Position numbers and translations under genes: made by a program
Notes under the pieces: generated by a model
What the model saw: the letters and a program-made list of their open reading frames with translations, nothing else
Databases searched by the model: none
What the model was told of the DNA's origin: nothing
Shown here: piece by piece, positions 26,630 to 36,378 of the stretch
Position numbering within the stretch: the first letter of the stretch is position 1
How the letters are laid out: each line of letters begins with the position of its first letter
NCBI GenBank assembly: GCA_017883265.1
Contig: JADGNX010000002.1
Span: forward strand, 1-61,733
Source: Thermoanaerobaculia bacterium
GTDB lineage: Bacteria > Acidobacteriota > Thermoanaerobaculia > Gp7-AA8
Direction of reading: 5' to 3'
Length of the DNA stretch: 61,733 nt

Positions 26630-27724
26630 ATGCCATCGCAGCAGATTCGAGTCGCGCTTCTCTTTGGTGGACGAAGCGCCGAGCATGATGTCTCCATCCT
26701 CTCTGCTCGTTCGGTCGCCGCCGCCGCACCGCAGGAGCGCCTGGAGATGATCCCGGTCTGCATTGCGCGGGACGGGCGGTTCGTCGCTCCCCAGCGCAGC
26801 GCCCGCATTCTGACCGGGGATGAGAAGAGCCAGAACGGGGACGCGGATTTCTCCTTCGAGTCGTGGGCCCGCCAGGCCGCCATCGACATCGCTTTCCCAC
26901 TGGTTCACGGCACGTTCGGAGAGGACGGCACTCTCCAGGGATATCTCGAGATTCTGAATCTTCCCTACGTCGGCAGCGGCGTAACCGGGTCGGCAGTGGG
27001 CATGGACAAGTGGCACATGAAGTATGCCTTCGCCCAGGCCAAGCTACCGATGGTCGACTACGTCGCGCTGGCCGAGAGCGACTGGCGGCGTGACTCCGAC
27101 CGGACGCTGCGATCGATCGACAACTCGCTGCGGCTCCCCTACTTTGTGAAACCGGCAAATGCCGGATCTTCGGTTGGTGTGACCAAGGTGAAACATGACG
27201 AGCATCTGCGGGCAGCCATCGAGAAAGCGCTTCGTTTCGACGACAAAGTGCTGATCGAGCGGGGCGTCGATGCCCGCGAGATCGAAGTCTCCGTCCTCGG
27301 CAACCAGCAGCCGCAGGCCTCCGTGCCGGGCGAGATCGTCCTCGGTCGCGAGTTCTACGACTACGAAGACAAGTATGTCGAGAACAAGTCGTCCCTCGTG
27401 ATTCCGGCGAAGATCGCTGCGGACAAGAGCGATGAGTTCCGGCGCCTTGCCATTTCGGCGTTCAAGGTTGTGGGAGCCTCGGGGTTTGCACGCGTCGACT
27501 TTTTTCTCGAGCGGGGAACGAATCGTCTCTACCTCAACGAGATCAACACAATTCCCGGCTTCACAAACATATCCATGTATCCGAAGCTGTGGGAGGCGAC
27601 GGAGTTGAAGTACCCGCGGCTGATCGAGAAGCTGGTCGAATTGGGGCTCGAGCGCTTCCGCGAGCGCAGCTTGCGATTCGAGGACACCATGCGCTTCTTC
27701 GATGAGGTACAGAGCCTGACTTAG
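26630..27724 (+). CDS. ddl: D-alanine--D-alanine ligase
   Basis: IRVALLFGGRSAEHDVSILSA, HGTFGEDGTLQG, FVKPANAGSSVG, LNEINTIPGFT. Confidence 0.92.
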   Translation: MPSQQIRVALLFGGRSAEHDVSILSARSVAAAAPQERLEMIPVCIARDGRFVAPQRSARILTGDEKSQNGDADFSFESWARQAAIDIAFPLVHGTFGEDGTLQGYLEILNLPYVGSGVTGSAVGMDKWHMKYAFAQAKLPMVDYVALAESDWRRDSDRTLRSIDNSLRLPYFVKPANAGSSVGVTKVKHDEHLRAAIEKALRFDDKVLIERGVDAREIEVSVLGNQQPQASVPGEIVLGREFYDYEDKYVENKSSLVIPAKIAADKSDEFRRLAISAFKVVGASGFARVDFFLERGTNRLYLNEINTIPGFTNISMYPKLWEATELKYPRLIEKLVELGLERFRERSLRFEDTMRFFDEVQSLT

Positions 27725-27728
27725 ACGG

Positions 27729-27763
27729 CGCACAGACACTTCTCGACAACTTCCGTCTGTGCG
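27729..27763 (+). terminator. Hairpin after ddl (same arm sequence as 4621-4648)
   Basis: CGCACAGAC / GTCTGTGCG is a 9-bp stem with a 17-nt loop, followed by CCTTTC. Confidence 0.4.
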
Positions 27764-27795
27764 GCCTTTCAGCCCGCATTACACTGGCGCTGGTC

Positions 27796-29460
27796 ATGTG
27801 GCCGCTCCGGCTTCTCATCGCTCGCCTTCGTCCGTTCAGCCCGTCGACGGCCCTCCGTTCGCTCATAGTACTGGCCGCCTCCGGCGCTCTTCTGGCCGGC
27901 GACTATCTTCTGTTCCGCCGGATCTTCCGTGCCATCGGCACGATCGAACCTCTGAATCCGGCTCTGGCTTTTGCTCTCCTCCGAGCCCTTCTCTCGATGG
28001 TATTTCTCGTCGCCGGCATCGTGCTGCTCTCTTCGGCCATGACCGCTTCCATCGGGTCGTTCTTTACCGATCTCGATCTCGAAATCCTGCACGCCGCTCC
28101 GATCGCCAAGTCCTCGCTGTTGCTGCGACGCTGGGCAAAGACAGCGGCGCAAAGCGGGACGTGGGTGGTCGTCTTTCTCCTGCCGCTCATCGCAGCATTC
28201 GGGCGCATCTACCAGCTTCCGGCGTCCTTCTACGCGGAGACGGCGCTCGCTCTTCTTCTGGTGCTCTCGATCCCGGTCACCGCCGGGTCGCTGATGATTC
28301 TGGTTCTGGTCCGCTATTTTCCGGTCGGCCGGGTCCACCAGTTGATCGCGTCGGTGGGAGTGCTGGTGCTGACCACTGCCGTCGTCGGCTTTCGGATGAG
28401 CAGGCCGGAGCGATTTTTCGGCGCGTTCAACACCGATGACATCGCCACCTTGGTTCATTCCATCGAGCTGCCGCAGATGAGCCGTTACCCGACGAGCTGG
28501 CTGGCCGAAGGGATGCTCGATGCCGCATCGCGTCAGGGGGGCGAGGCCGTGTTCCTTCGTCCAGCGGTTGGAGCCGCCGCTTCGCTTCTTCTGTTCATGG
28601 TGATTGCGACGCCGCTGTACTTCCGGGCCTTCGTTCGGGCCCGGGAGAGCATGGCGCCGCAGGCGTTCGGTGGATCAGGCGCCACGAGGATGCTCGACCG
28701 TGTCCTCCGCGGAATCGACCCGCCGTTCCGCGCGCTGGTCTCGAAGGAGGTGCGAACGCTGACTCGCGACGTCGCACAGTGGTCACAGCTTTTTCTCATG
28801 GCCGCGCTCATGTTCATCTATCTCTACAACATCAGGATGCTGCCTCTGGAGCACGACGCGCGGGCCGGAGGCGTGGCTTACGCGAATCTCGGCATGGCGG
28901 GCTTCGTCATCGCCGCCATGTGTCTGCGCTTCGCCTATCCGGCCGTGTCGGCCGAGGGGAGGGCATTCTGGGTGACGCAGTCCTCGCCGGTGTCGTATCA
29001 GAAGCTCCTGTGGGCCAAGGTGCTGGTGTACGCGGTGCCGCTCACCGCTCTCGCAGTCATCCTGACGGCCTTCGCCGATCTCATCCTGCATGCAGATCTG
29101 CTCGTCTGGTCTCTCACCATGCTCGGCGCCCTCCTCTTCGGAATCACCCTGGTTTCCCTCGGCGTCGGTATGGGGGGATCCACACCCGATTTCACCGCCG
29201 AGAATCCGCTGCAGGTCGGACTGTCACTCGGCGGCTTCGGATACATGGCGGCTTCCCTTCTCTACGTCGGCGTGGTCATGGTTCTGCTCGCGAGGCCGGT
29301 ACAGCGCTACGTGCTCTGGAAGATGTTCGGAGCAGCGGCGGATCAAAGCACACTGGTCAGTGCGCTGCCAGTTGTCGCGGCGGTCGCACTGTCGGCTGTG
29401 ATCGTCATCATTGCGCTCGGAACCGCCCGGAGACAGCTTGAGGCTCTGTTGACAAAATGA
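27796..29460 (+). CDS. Polytopic (about 12 TM) membrane protein, ABC-2/putative-ABC-exporter-like permease fold
   Basis: Two roughly 6-TM halves. The second begins with SKEVRTLTRDVAQWSQLF and contains AEGRAFWVTQSSPVSYQKLLWAK, an ABC-2 permease-like motif. No ATPase is adjacent. Confidence 0.7.
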   Translation: MWPLRLLIARLRPFSPSTALRSLIVLAASGALLAGDYLLFRRIFRAIGTIEPLNPALAFALLRALLSMVFLVAGIVLLSSAMTASIGSFFTDLDLEILHAAPIAKSSLLLRRWAKTAAQSGTWVVVFLLPLIAAFGRIYQLPASFYAETALALLLVLSIPVTAGSLMILVLVRYFPVGRVHQLIASVGVLVLTTAVVGFRMSRPERFFGAFNTDDIATLVHSIELPQMSRYPTSWLAEGMLDAASRQGGEAVFLRPAVGAAASLLLFMVIATPLYFRAFVRARESMAPQAFGGSGATRMLDRVLRGIDPPFRALVSKEVRTLTRDVAQWSQLFLMAALMFIYLYNIRMLPLEHDARAGGVAYANLGMAGFVIAAMCLRFAYPAVSAEGRAFWVTQSSPVSYQKLLWAKVLVYAVPLTALAVILTAFADLILHADLLVWSLTMLGALLFGITLVSLGVGMGGSTPDFTAENPLQVGLSLGGFGYMAASLLYVGVVMVLLARPVQRYVLWKMFGAAADQSTLVSALPVVAAVALSAVIVIIALGTARRQLEALLTK

Positions 29461-29480
29461 CGATGGTCACGAAAGCGCTC

Positions 29481-29493
29481 TGCTAGAATCTAG
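29481..29493 (+). promoter_or_regulatory. Palindrome GCTAGAATCTAGC containing an extended -10-like TGCTAGAAT
   Basis: 6+1+6 palindrome lying 34 nt upstream of the ATG at 29527. TGn-TAGAAT at 29481-29489. AAGGAG SD motif at 29514. Confidence 0.25.
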
Positions 29494-29526
29494 CGAGCCA
29501 CACACGGTCATTCTAAGGAGACGTTC

Positions 29527-29973
29527 ATGAGCGAGATACCTCCGCCCTCCGGCGGTTCCTATACCCCGCCTCCGCCCCCCCCAGGCTCCTACACTCCGCC
29601 CCCGCCACCACCCGGCGGGTCGTACAATCCGCCACCTCCCTCCGGAGTCCCTGGATCCGATCGCGGTTTGATGTTGTTCCTCTGCTACTTCGGGATCTTC
29701 GCCCTCATCCCTCTGCTGACGAAGAAGGAAGACCGCGAGATGCAGTGGCATGCCAAGAACGGCCTCGTTCTGGCGATCGCCTGGTGCGTCGTCTGGGTCG
29801 CCTTCCAGATCATGGCGTTCATGCTGCCGCTCGGGATCCGGTTCGCCTTCTCAGGCCTCGGCTGTCTGATCGGGCTCGGGTTCCTGATTCTCGACATCGT
29901 GGCCATGGTCAAAGCGTTCGGCGGACAGCGCATGCGCATTCCGGTGATCAGCGACTTCGCTGACAAGATGTAG
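29527..29973 (+). CDS. DUF4870-like small membrane protein with Pro-rich N-terminus
   Basis: N-terminal GGSYTPPPPPPGSYTPPPPPPGGSYNPPPP, then LMLFLCYFGIFALIPLLTKKEDREMQWHAKNGLVLAI and 3 TM helices. Confidence 0.7.
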   Translation: MSEIPPPSGGSYTPPPPPPGSYTPPPPPPGGSYNPPPPSGVPGSDRGLMLFLCYFGIFALIPLLTKKEDREMQWHAKNGLVLAIAWCVVWVAFQIMAFMLPLGIRFAFSGLGCLIGLGFLILDIVAMVKAFGGQRMRIPVISDFADKM

Positions 29974-29984
29974 GACGCGAATCG

Positions 29985-30341
29985 ATGGATTCACCTCAAG
30001 GATCGTACACACCGCCGCCCCCTCCTCCGCCCGGCGGAGGGTACTCACCGCCGGGCGGCGGTAGCGACAAGCTGATTTACCCGACGAATCCCGCCAGGGA
30101 TCCGATCCTGGTCCTGGTGCTCAACCTGCTGCTCTTCGGGTCGGTCGGATATTTCCTGCTCGGCCAGAAAATCAAAGGGATCATCGCCTCGATCCTCTGG
30201 GTAGTGCTGCTCTTCACCACCTGCGGAGTCGGCACCGGAATCGTGGCCATCCTCGGCGCGGTCGACGGCTACCTGCAAGCGCAGCAGCTTCAGGCCGGCC
30301 ATCCTGTGGCGCAGTTCAGCTTCTTCCAGGACCATCGCTGA
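29985..30341 (+). CDS. Small membrane protein with Pro-rich N-terminus
   Basis: MDSPQGSYTPPPPPPPGGGYSPPGGG followed by 2 TM helices (LNLLLFGSVGYFLLGQKIKG...). Starts 11 nt after the preceding gene. Confidence 0.6.
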   Translation: MDSPQGSYTPPPPPPPGGGYSPPGGGSDKLIYPTNPARDPILVLVLNLLLFGSVGYFLLGQKIKGIIASILWVVLLFTTCGVGTGIVAILGAVDGYLQAQQLQAGHPVAQFSFFQDHR

Positions 30342-30368
30342 AGAGGGTTGCCTGGCGGCAGTTGGCGA

Positions 30369-30386
30369 GCACGCCGGCAGGCGTGC
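30369..30386 (+). terminator. Hairpin in the convergent spacer
   Basis: GCACGCC-GGCA-GGCGTGC is a perfect 7-bp stem. The 13-mer GACGCCTCCGGCG also recurs at 30393 and 30459. Confidence 0.3.
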
Positions 30387-30480
30387 CGTAGAGACGCCTC
30401 CGGCGTGGTGAGCCGTGCGAGCATTTTTGCATCACCAAAGCTATGCTCAAAATCCCGTGACGCCTCCGGCGACTGACCTT

Positions 30481-31026
30481 TCACCACATCATGCCGAGCT
30501 GCAGCTTCGCGGCTTCCGACATCATGCTGCGGTCCCAGACGGGGTCGAAGACGACCTCGACTTCCGCGTGATGGATGCCCGGGAGGGACTCCACCTTCTG
30601 CTTGACGTCGCCTGCCAGGACCGGACCCATCCCGCAGCCGGGCGCTGTGAGGGTCATCTTGATCTTCACGTCTTTTCCCTGCTGTTCGTCGCCGTTCAGC
30701 TCGCAAAGATAGACTAGCCCGAGGTCGACGATGTTGACGGGGATCTCCGGGTCGTAACAGGTCTTGAGTTGCTCCCACACCATCTGCTCGAGCTGCTCGG
30801 TCGTGACCTCGGCGGTCGACTGCGCCACTTCCTGGGGGGCCTTGCCCAGCGCCTCGACCTCTTTTCCGGAGACGCGAACCATGAGGCCGCGATCGGTGAT
30901 GATGGTGTAGGAGCCACCGAGCGATTGGGTGATCGTGGCCCGCGCTCCCTGGGGAACGAGGACGCGCTCGCCGCTCGGGATCATGACGGCTTCACAGCTG
31001 CGGCTGACGGTGACTTCTTCTCTCAT
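30481..31026 (-). CDS. sufT: Long-form SufT (DUF59/MIP18) Fe-S assembly protein
   Basis: C-terminal DUF59: VWEQLKTCYDPEIPVNIVDLGLVY...MTLTAPGCGMG. N-terminal ~70-aa extension as in long SufT. It is the last gene of the suf operon. Confidence 0.8.
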   Translation of the reverse strand: MREEVTVSRSCEAVMIPSGERVLVPQGARATITQSLGGSYTIITDRGLMVRVSGKEVEALGKAPQEVAQSTAEVTTEQLEQMVWEQLKTCYDPEIPVNIVDLGLVYLCELNGDEQQGKDVKIKMTLTAPGCGMGPVLAGDVKQKVESLPGIHHAEVEVVFDPVWDRSMMSEAAKLQLGMMW

Positions 31027-31049
31027 CGGTCTCCACGACTCCTTCTGCG

Positions 31050-31496
31050 CTATTCGGTGCTGACGACGTTTTCGGCTCCGGCCAGAGCCGTATGCAGCGT
31101 ATGCCATGCCAGCGAGGCGCACTTCACCCGGGCTGGAAATTCAGAAACGCCTGAGAAGGCCGCGAGCTTCCCGAGCTCATCCGCGCTGAGCGACGAGTCG
31201 CCGGTCACCAGACGGTGGAAACGCTCGAAAAGGGCGTCGGCCTCATCGCGGCTCTTCCCCTTCACCATAGAGCTCATGACCGAGGCCGAGGCTTTGGATA
31301 TGGCGCAGCCGGAGCCGACGAAGGCCACATCGCGGATGGTCTCGCCGTCCAGATCGAGATAGATCGTGTAGTGATCTCCGCAAAGCGGGTTATAGCCCTC
31401 GACCTTGCGGGTCGCCGCTGGCAGCTCGTGAAAGTTTCTGGGGTTCCGGTTGTGGTCGAGAATGACCTGCTGGTAGAGCTCGCGGAGATCGGACAT
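31050..31496 (-). CDS. sufU: SUF-type Fe-S scaffold / sulfur acceptor SufU
   Basis: LYQQVILDHNRNPRNF, NPLCGD, GSGCAISKASAS, RVKCASLAW. Confidence 0.88.
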   Translation of the reverse strand: MSDLRELYQQVILDHNRNPRNFHELPAATRKVEGYNPLCGDHYTIYLDLDGETIRDVAFVGSGCAISKASASVMSSMVKGKSRDEADALFERFHRLVTGDSSLSADELGKLAAFSGVSEFPARVKCASLAWHTLHTALAGAENVVSTE

Positions 31497-32752
31497 CAGC
31501 GGAAAACCTCGATGACTCTTTCGAGTCCGCGGACCAGCGCGTCGACCTCATCGCGGGTGTTGTAGAGGCCGAACGAAGCGCGCCCGGTGGCGGGAACGTT
31601 GAACCGCATCATCACCGGCTGGGCGCAGTGGTGACCGGTGCGGACGGCGATCCCTTCCTGATCGAGAATCGTCCCGATGTCGTGAGGGTGAACGCCTTCC
31701 AGTACGAAGGAGATGACGCTGGCCTTGTGGCGCGCCGTGCCGATGATGCGCAGCCCGTCGATCTCCTCCAGTTGCTCGGTCGCGTAGAGAAGAAGATCGT
31801 GTTCATGCGCGGCGATGCTCGGCAGACCGAGAGCCGACACGTAGTCGAGCGCCGCGGCCAGTCCAACGACACCTGCGATATCGGGCGTTCCCGCTTCGAA
31901 CTTGTACGGCAATGCGTTGTAGGTCGTCTTGTCGAACGAGACCGAGAGGATCATGTCGCCCCCGCCCTGGTACGGCGGCATGGCCTCGAGAAGCGCCTCT
32001 TTCCCATACAACACGCCGATGCCGGTCGGGCCGTAGACCTTGTGCGATGAGAACGCGTAGAAGTCGCAGTCGAGATCCTGCACGTCGACCTCGAGATGCG
32101 GGACGCCCTGCGCACCGTCGATGAGGACCGTGGTGCCGTTTGCATGGGCCAGTTCGATGATCTCGCGAATGGGGTTGATGGTGCCAAGAGCGTTCGAAGC
32201 ATGACCCACGGCCAGAAGCCGCGTGCGCTCGTTGAGCATGGCGCGCACCTGGTCCATCAACAGCTCGCCGGCGTCGTTGACCGGAATGATTCTGAGAGTG
32301 GCGCCGCGCTCCTGACAGAGCATCTGCCAGGGAACGATGTTGGAGTGATGCTCGATGGCCGAGATGAGGATCTCGTCTCCCGCCTTCACATTGGTCCGCC
32401 CGAACGAGCTGGCCACGAGGTTGATGCCTTCGGTCGTGCCCCGAACGAAGACGATCTCTTTTTCCGAGCCGGCGTTGATGAACCGCTTGACTGTCCCGCG
32501 AGCCCCCTCGTAAGCGGCCGTAGCGACCTCGCTCAGATGATGCACGCCACGATGGACGTTTGAATTCTCATGGGTGTAATAGCGGGTGATGCGGTCGATG
32601 ACGGCATTCGGTTTCTGCGTCGTCGCGGCGTTGTCGAGATAGACGAGCGGCTTGCCGTGAATCTGGCGCCCCAGGATCGGGAAGTCCTCCCGTATCCGTG
32701 CTACGTCGAGGTCCGCTGCCTGGTGGTCCTTCTGGATAAGAGCCGTGGTCAT
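31496..32752 (-). CDS. sufS: Cysteine desulfurase SufS
   Basis: YLDNAATTQKP, SSHKVYGPTGIGVLYG, RTGHHCAQP, RASFGLYNTRDEVD. ATGA overlap with sufD. Confidence 0.92.
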   Translation of the reverse strand: MTTALIQKDHQAADLDVARIREDFPILGRQIHGKPLVYLDNAATTQKPNAVIDRITRYYTHENSNVHRGVHHLSEVATAAYEGARGTVKRFINAGSEKEIVFVRGTTEGINLVASSFGRTNVKAGDEILISAIEHHSNIVPWQMLCQERGATLRIIPVNDAGELLMDQVRAMLNERTRLLAVGHASNALGTINPIREIIELAHANGTTVLIDGAQGVPHLEVDVQDLDCDFYAFSSHKVYGPTGIGVLYGKEALLEAMPPYQGGGDMILSVSFDKTTYNALPYKFEAGTPDIAGVVGLAAALDYVSALGLPSIAAHEHDLLLYATEQLEEIDGLRIIGTARHKASVISFVLEGVHPHDIGTILDQEGIAVRTGHHCAQPVMMRFNVPATGRASFGLYNTRDEVDALVRGLERVIEVFR

Positions 32753-34071
32753 GGCCTTTCCTCCCGCCGTTCCGGCAAGCGGCCCGGCATCTGTTCGAAG
32801 AGTCCTCGCCGAACCCATTCGCGGAGCGGCTCGAACGGTAGCCGGTCGATGATCTCGCTGGCGAAGGCGTCGACGAGAAAGCTGCGGGCTTCCGCCTCAT
32901 CGATGCCGCGTGCACGGAGGTAGAAAATCGCCTCCTCATCGAGTTGTCCGATGGTCGAACCGTGATTGCACTTCACGTCGTCGGCATGAATCTCCAGGGT
33001 CGGCTTGGAGTCGACGATGGCGTTTTCGGAGAGAAGCAGATTGCGGTTCACCTGACGCGAGTTGGTCTTCTGAGCGTCCTTGCGGACGATGATGAGGCCG
33101 TCGAAAATACCACGGGACTGCTGGTCGAGGATTCCCTTGAAGAGCTCCTGGCTGTCGCAGTGCGGCGTGGCGTGATCGATGACCGTGTGGTTATCGACGT
33201 GCTCCCGGCCGGTCAGGACGAAGAGTCCTTCCAGAACCAGACTGGCTCCTTCGCCCATGAGCGCGACGTTGACCTCGTTTCGCACCATGCCCCCGCCCAC
33301 GCTCATCTGGTGCGAACGCACGCTGCTCGATCGCTCCTGATGAATCTGCGTCGTTCCGATGTGGAATGCGTCAGGGCTCTCCCGCACCAGCTTCGTGTGA
33401 CTGACCACAGCGTTCTCGGAGGCTACGATCTCAGTGACCGAGTTCGTGAAGTAGCGCCCGCTGCCGATGTAGGTCTCAACGATCGAGAGCTGGCTGTTGC
33501 GGCCGGCCACGATCAGATTGCGCGGATGGGACATCACGTCGGAGCCTGAGCCGATGAAGAGGAGATGGACGAATCCGTCGACCACCTCTCCGTCGTCGAC
33601 GATGAGAACCGCGCCGTCAGCCGCCAGCGCGGTGTTCAGCGCGGTCAGAGGATGGCGCTGGTAATCGGCCAGTCGCGCAAACCAGCGCTCGACGGCCGGC
33701 TCAGACGATGTGAGCGCCTCGCTGAGACTCAGAAGGCGGACGCCCGCCGCTCCCGAGAGACCCGAGATGTCGGAGGGGGAGCGAAGCAGGTGTCCGTCGA
33801 CAAAAATGAGCTCGGCCGCAGCTCTGCCCCGCATGCTCGCGCCTTGTGTGTCTGCCGTCTCCACGGAGCCGGGGGAGAGCCGCCAGTCGATTCTGCCGAG
33901 GGGAGCGAGGGATGTGTACTTCCACTCTTCATCCCAGGCTGTCGGCAGGCCGGTGGCCGAGAATCGCTCCGCCGCCTGCTGGCGAATCGTGGCGATCCGC
34001 TGCGGCTCCGCATCGTTCTGGGGCGGGACAACCTTCTGGAGAGCGCCGGTAGTGTCGAGGATCGTGGTCAT
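32749..34071 (-). CDS. sufD: Fe-S cluster assembly protein SufD
   Basis: Typical beta-helix region (NSQLSIVETYIG..., KPTLEIHADDVKCNHGSTIGQLDEEAIFYLRARGI). It sits between sufC and sufS. Confidence 0.88.
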   Translation of the reverse strand: MTTILDTTGALQKVVPPQNDAEPQRIATIRQQAAERFSATGLPTAWDEEWKYTSLAPLGRIDWRLSPGSVETADTQGASMRGRAAAELIFVDGHLLRSPSDISGLSGAAGVRLLSLSEALTSSEPAVERWFARLADYQRHPLTALNTALAADGAVLIVDDGEVVDGFVHLLFIGSGSDVMSHPRNLIVAGRNSQLSIVETYIGSGRYFTNSVTEIVASENAVVSHTKLVRESPDAFHIGTTQIHQERSSSVRSHQMSVGGGMVRNEVNVALMGEGASLVLEGLFVLTGREHVDNHTVIDHATPHCDSQELFKGILDQQSRGIFDGLIIVRKDAQKTNSRQVNRNLLLSENAIVDSKPTLEIHADDVKCNHGSTIGQLDEEAIFYLRARGIDEAEARSFLVDAFASEIIDRLPFEPLREWVRRGLFEQMPGRLPERREERP

Positions 34072-34826
34072 TGCGCGGCGGCGACCTCCTCTTCGATCCA
34101 GCCATAGCCTCGCTCCTCGAGCGTCATGGCCAGCTCCTTGCCGCCGGACTTTACGATTCGTCCCTCGTGCAGCACGTGGACGAAGTCGGGGACCAGGTAG
34201 CGCAGCAGGCGCTGGTAATGCGTGATCACGATGACCGAGTGCTTCTCGCTCTGCAGCGTGTTCACTCCATCGGCGACGATGCGCAAGGCATCGATGTCGA
34301 GACCGGAGTCGGTCTCATCGAGAATGGCCAGCTTCGGATCGAGGACCGCCATCTGGAAGATCTCGTTCCGCTTCTTCTCCCCACCGGAGAAGCCCTCGTT
34401 CACCGAGCGATTCATGAATGACTCGTCGAGCTCGACCAGCTTCATCTTCTCCCGGGCCAGCTGCAGGAAGTCCATGGCGTCGAGCTCTTCGAGGCCGTGG
34501 TGTTTGCGGATCGAGTTGAGCGCGGCCTTGAGGAAGTAGATGTTGTTGACCCCGGGTATCTCGACCGGATACTGCATAGCCAGGAATACGCCCTCACGCG
34601 CACGTTCCTCGGCCTTCATCTCGAGGAGGTTCTTTCCCTCGAACAGGACTTCGCCCGACGTCACCGTGTAGCGGGGACGGCCGGCCAGAACATTGGCCAA
34701 CGTGCTCTTCCCCGATCCGTTGAGACCCATGATGGCGTGCACTTCGCCGGCGTTCACCCGGAGATCGAGACCGCGAAGGATCTCCTTTCCGTCGATGCCC
34801 GCGTGCAGATTCGTGATCTGAAGCAT
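34068..34826 (-). CDS. sufC: Fe-S cluster assembly ATPase SufC
   Basis: MLQITNLHAGIDGKEILRG, GLNGSGKSTL, FSGGEKKRNEI, AILDETDSGLD. AGGAG SD motif before the ATG at 34826. Confidence 0.93.
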   Translation of the reverse strand: MLQITNLHAGIDGKEILRGLDLRVNAGEVHAIMGLNGSGKSTLANVLAGRPRYTVTSGEVLFEGKNLLEMKAEERAREGVFLAMQYPVEIPGVNNIYFLKAALNSIRKHHGLEELDAMDFLQLAREKMKLVELDESFMNRSVNEGFSGGEKKRNEIFQMAVLDPKLAILDETDSGLDIDALRIVADGVNTLQSEKHSVIVITHYQRLLRYLVPDFVHVLHEGRIVKSGGKELAMTLEERGYGWIEEEVAAAQ

Positions 34827-34935
34827 TGATTCTCCTGTCCTTTGAAGCTTGATCCGCTCTGGGCATCCCGGCCGTTCGCAAGAAATCGGCGCGAGCTCGT
34901 GGGTGCGCAAGCGATTCGCGTGTCTGGATCAGCCC

Positions 34936-36378
34936 TTAGCCGACGCTTCCTTCGAGGCTGACGCCGAGGAGTTTCTGAGCCTCTACGGCGAACTCCATCG
35001 GCAGCTCCCGGAAAACCTCGCGGCAGAAGCCGTTGACGATCATCGAGACAGCATCCTCGGGTGAGATCCCGCGCTGCTGGCAGTAGAAGAGCTGGTCCTC
35101 GCCGATCTTCGAAGTCGAGGCCTCATGTTCCATCTGCGCGGTCGAATTGCGGACCTCGATATAGGGAAACGTATGCGCGCCGCACTTGTCGCCCATGAGG
35201 AGCGAGTCGCACTGCGAGTAATTCCGCGCGCCCACGGCGTTCTTCAGGATCTTTACTTCCCCGCGATAGGTGTTCTGCCCGTGACCGGCGGAGATTCCTT
35301 TGGAAACGATGGTGCTCCGCGTGTTCTTTCCGATGTGGATCATCTTCGTGCCCGTGTCGGCCTGCTGATAGTTGTTGGTCAGAGCGACGGAGTAGAACTC
35401 GCCGATCGAGTTATCGCCCTGAAGGATGCAGCTTGGGTACTTCCAGGTGATCGAAGAGCCGGTCTCCACCTGCGTCCAGGAGATCTTGGCGTTGGTCATG
35501 GCCTTGCCGCGCTTCGTGACGAAGTTGTAGATGCCGCCTTTGCCGTCCTTGTCGCCGGGGTACCAGTTCTGCACGGTCGAGTACTTGATCGTTGCGCCGT
35601 CGAGGGCAACCAGCTCGACGACTGCCGCGTGAAGCTGATTCTCGTCGCGCATCGGAGCAGTACAGCCTTCGAGGTAGCTGACCGACGCCCCCTCATCCGC
35701 GATGATGAGCGTCCGCTCGAACTGGCCGGTGTTCGCGCTGTTGATACGGAAGTAGGTCGAAAGCTCCATGGGGCAGCGAACGCCCTTCGGGATGTAGCAG
35801 AAGGAGCCATCGCTGAAGACGGCGGAGTTCAGAGCGGCGAAGAAATTGTCCGTGGACGGAACCACCGATCCGAGATATTTCTGAACCAGCTCCGGATGCT
35901 CCCTGACGGCCTCGGAGAAGGGACAGAAGATGACGCCCACTTTGGCCAGCTCGGCTTGAAACGTAGTGGCCACCGAAACGCTGTCGAAGACCGCATCGAC
36001 CGCAACGCCGCTGAGTCGCTTCTGTTCTTCGAGCGAGATGCCGAGCTTCTCGAACGTCGACCGCAGCTCCGGATCGACCTCGTCGAGACTGTTCAGCTTC
36101 TTCTTCTGTCGCGGCGCCGAGTAGTAGCTGGCGGCCTGGTAGTCGATCGCCGGATAGTGGACGTTGGCCCACGTCGGCTCCCTCATCGTCAGCCAGTGAC
36201 GGAAGGCCTTGAGGCGCCACTCCAGCATGAATGCCGGCTCCTGCTTCTTGTGCGAGATGAGCCGGACGATGTCTTCATTCAGCCCTGGCGGCGCGACATC
36301 AGCCTCGATGTCGGTCACGAAGCCGTACTTGTATTCCTGGGTCGTCAGCTGTTCGATGCTGTCTGGTGTCGTCGTCAT
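34936..36378 (-). CDS. sufB: Fe-S cluster assembly protein SufB
   Basis: [12 protein letters not shown], ...[12 protein letters not shown]..., [25 protein letters not shown] overlap with the Rrf2 gene stop. Confidence 0.93.
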   Translation of the reverse strand: MTTTPDSIEQLTTQEYKYGFVTDIEADVAPPGLNEDIVRLISHKKQEPAFMLEWRLKAFRHWLTMREPTWANVHYPAIDYQAASYYSAPRQKKKLNSLDEVDPELRSTFEKLGISLEEQKRLSGVAVDAVFDSVSVATTFQAELAKVGVIFCPFSEAVREHPELVQKYLGSVVPSTDNFFAALNSAVFSDGSFCYIPKGVRCPMELSTYFRINSANTGQFERTLIIADEGASVSYLEGCTAPMRDENQLHAAVVELVALDGATIKYSTVQNWYPGDKDGKGGIYNFVTKRGKAMTNAKISWTQVETGSSITWKYPSCILQGDNSIGEFYSVALTNNYQQADTGTKMIHIGKNTRSTIVSKGISAGHGQNTYRGEVKILKNAVGARNYSQCDSLLMGDKCGAHTFPYIEVRNSTAQMEHEASTSKIGEDQLFYCQQRGISPEDAVSMIVNGFCREVFRELPMEFAVEAQKLLGVSLEGSVG

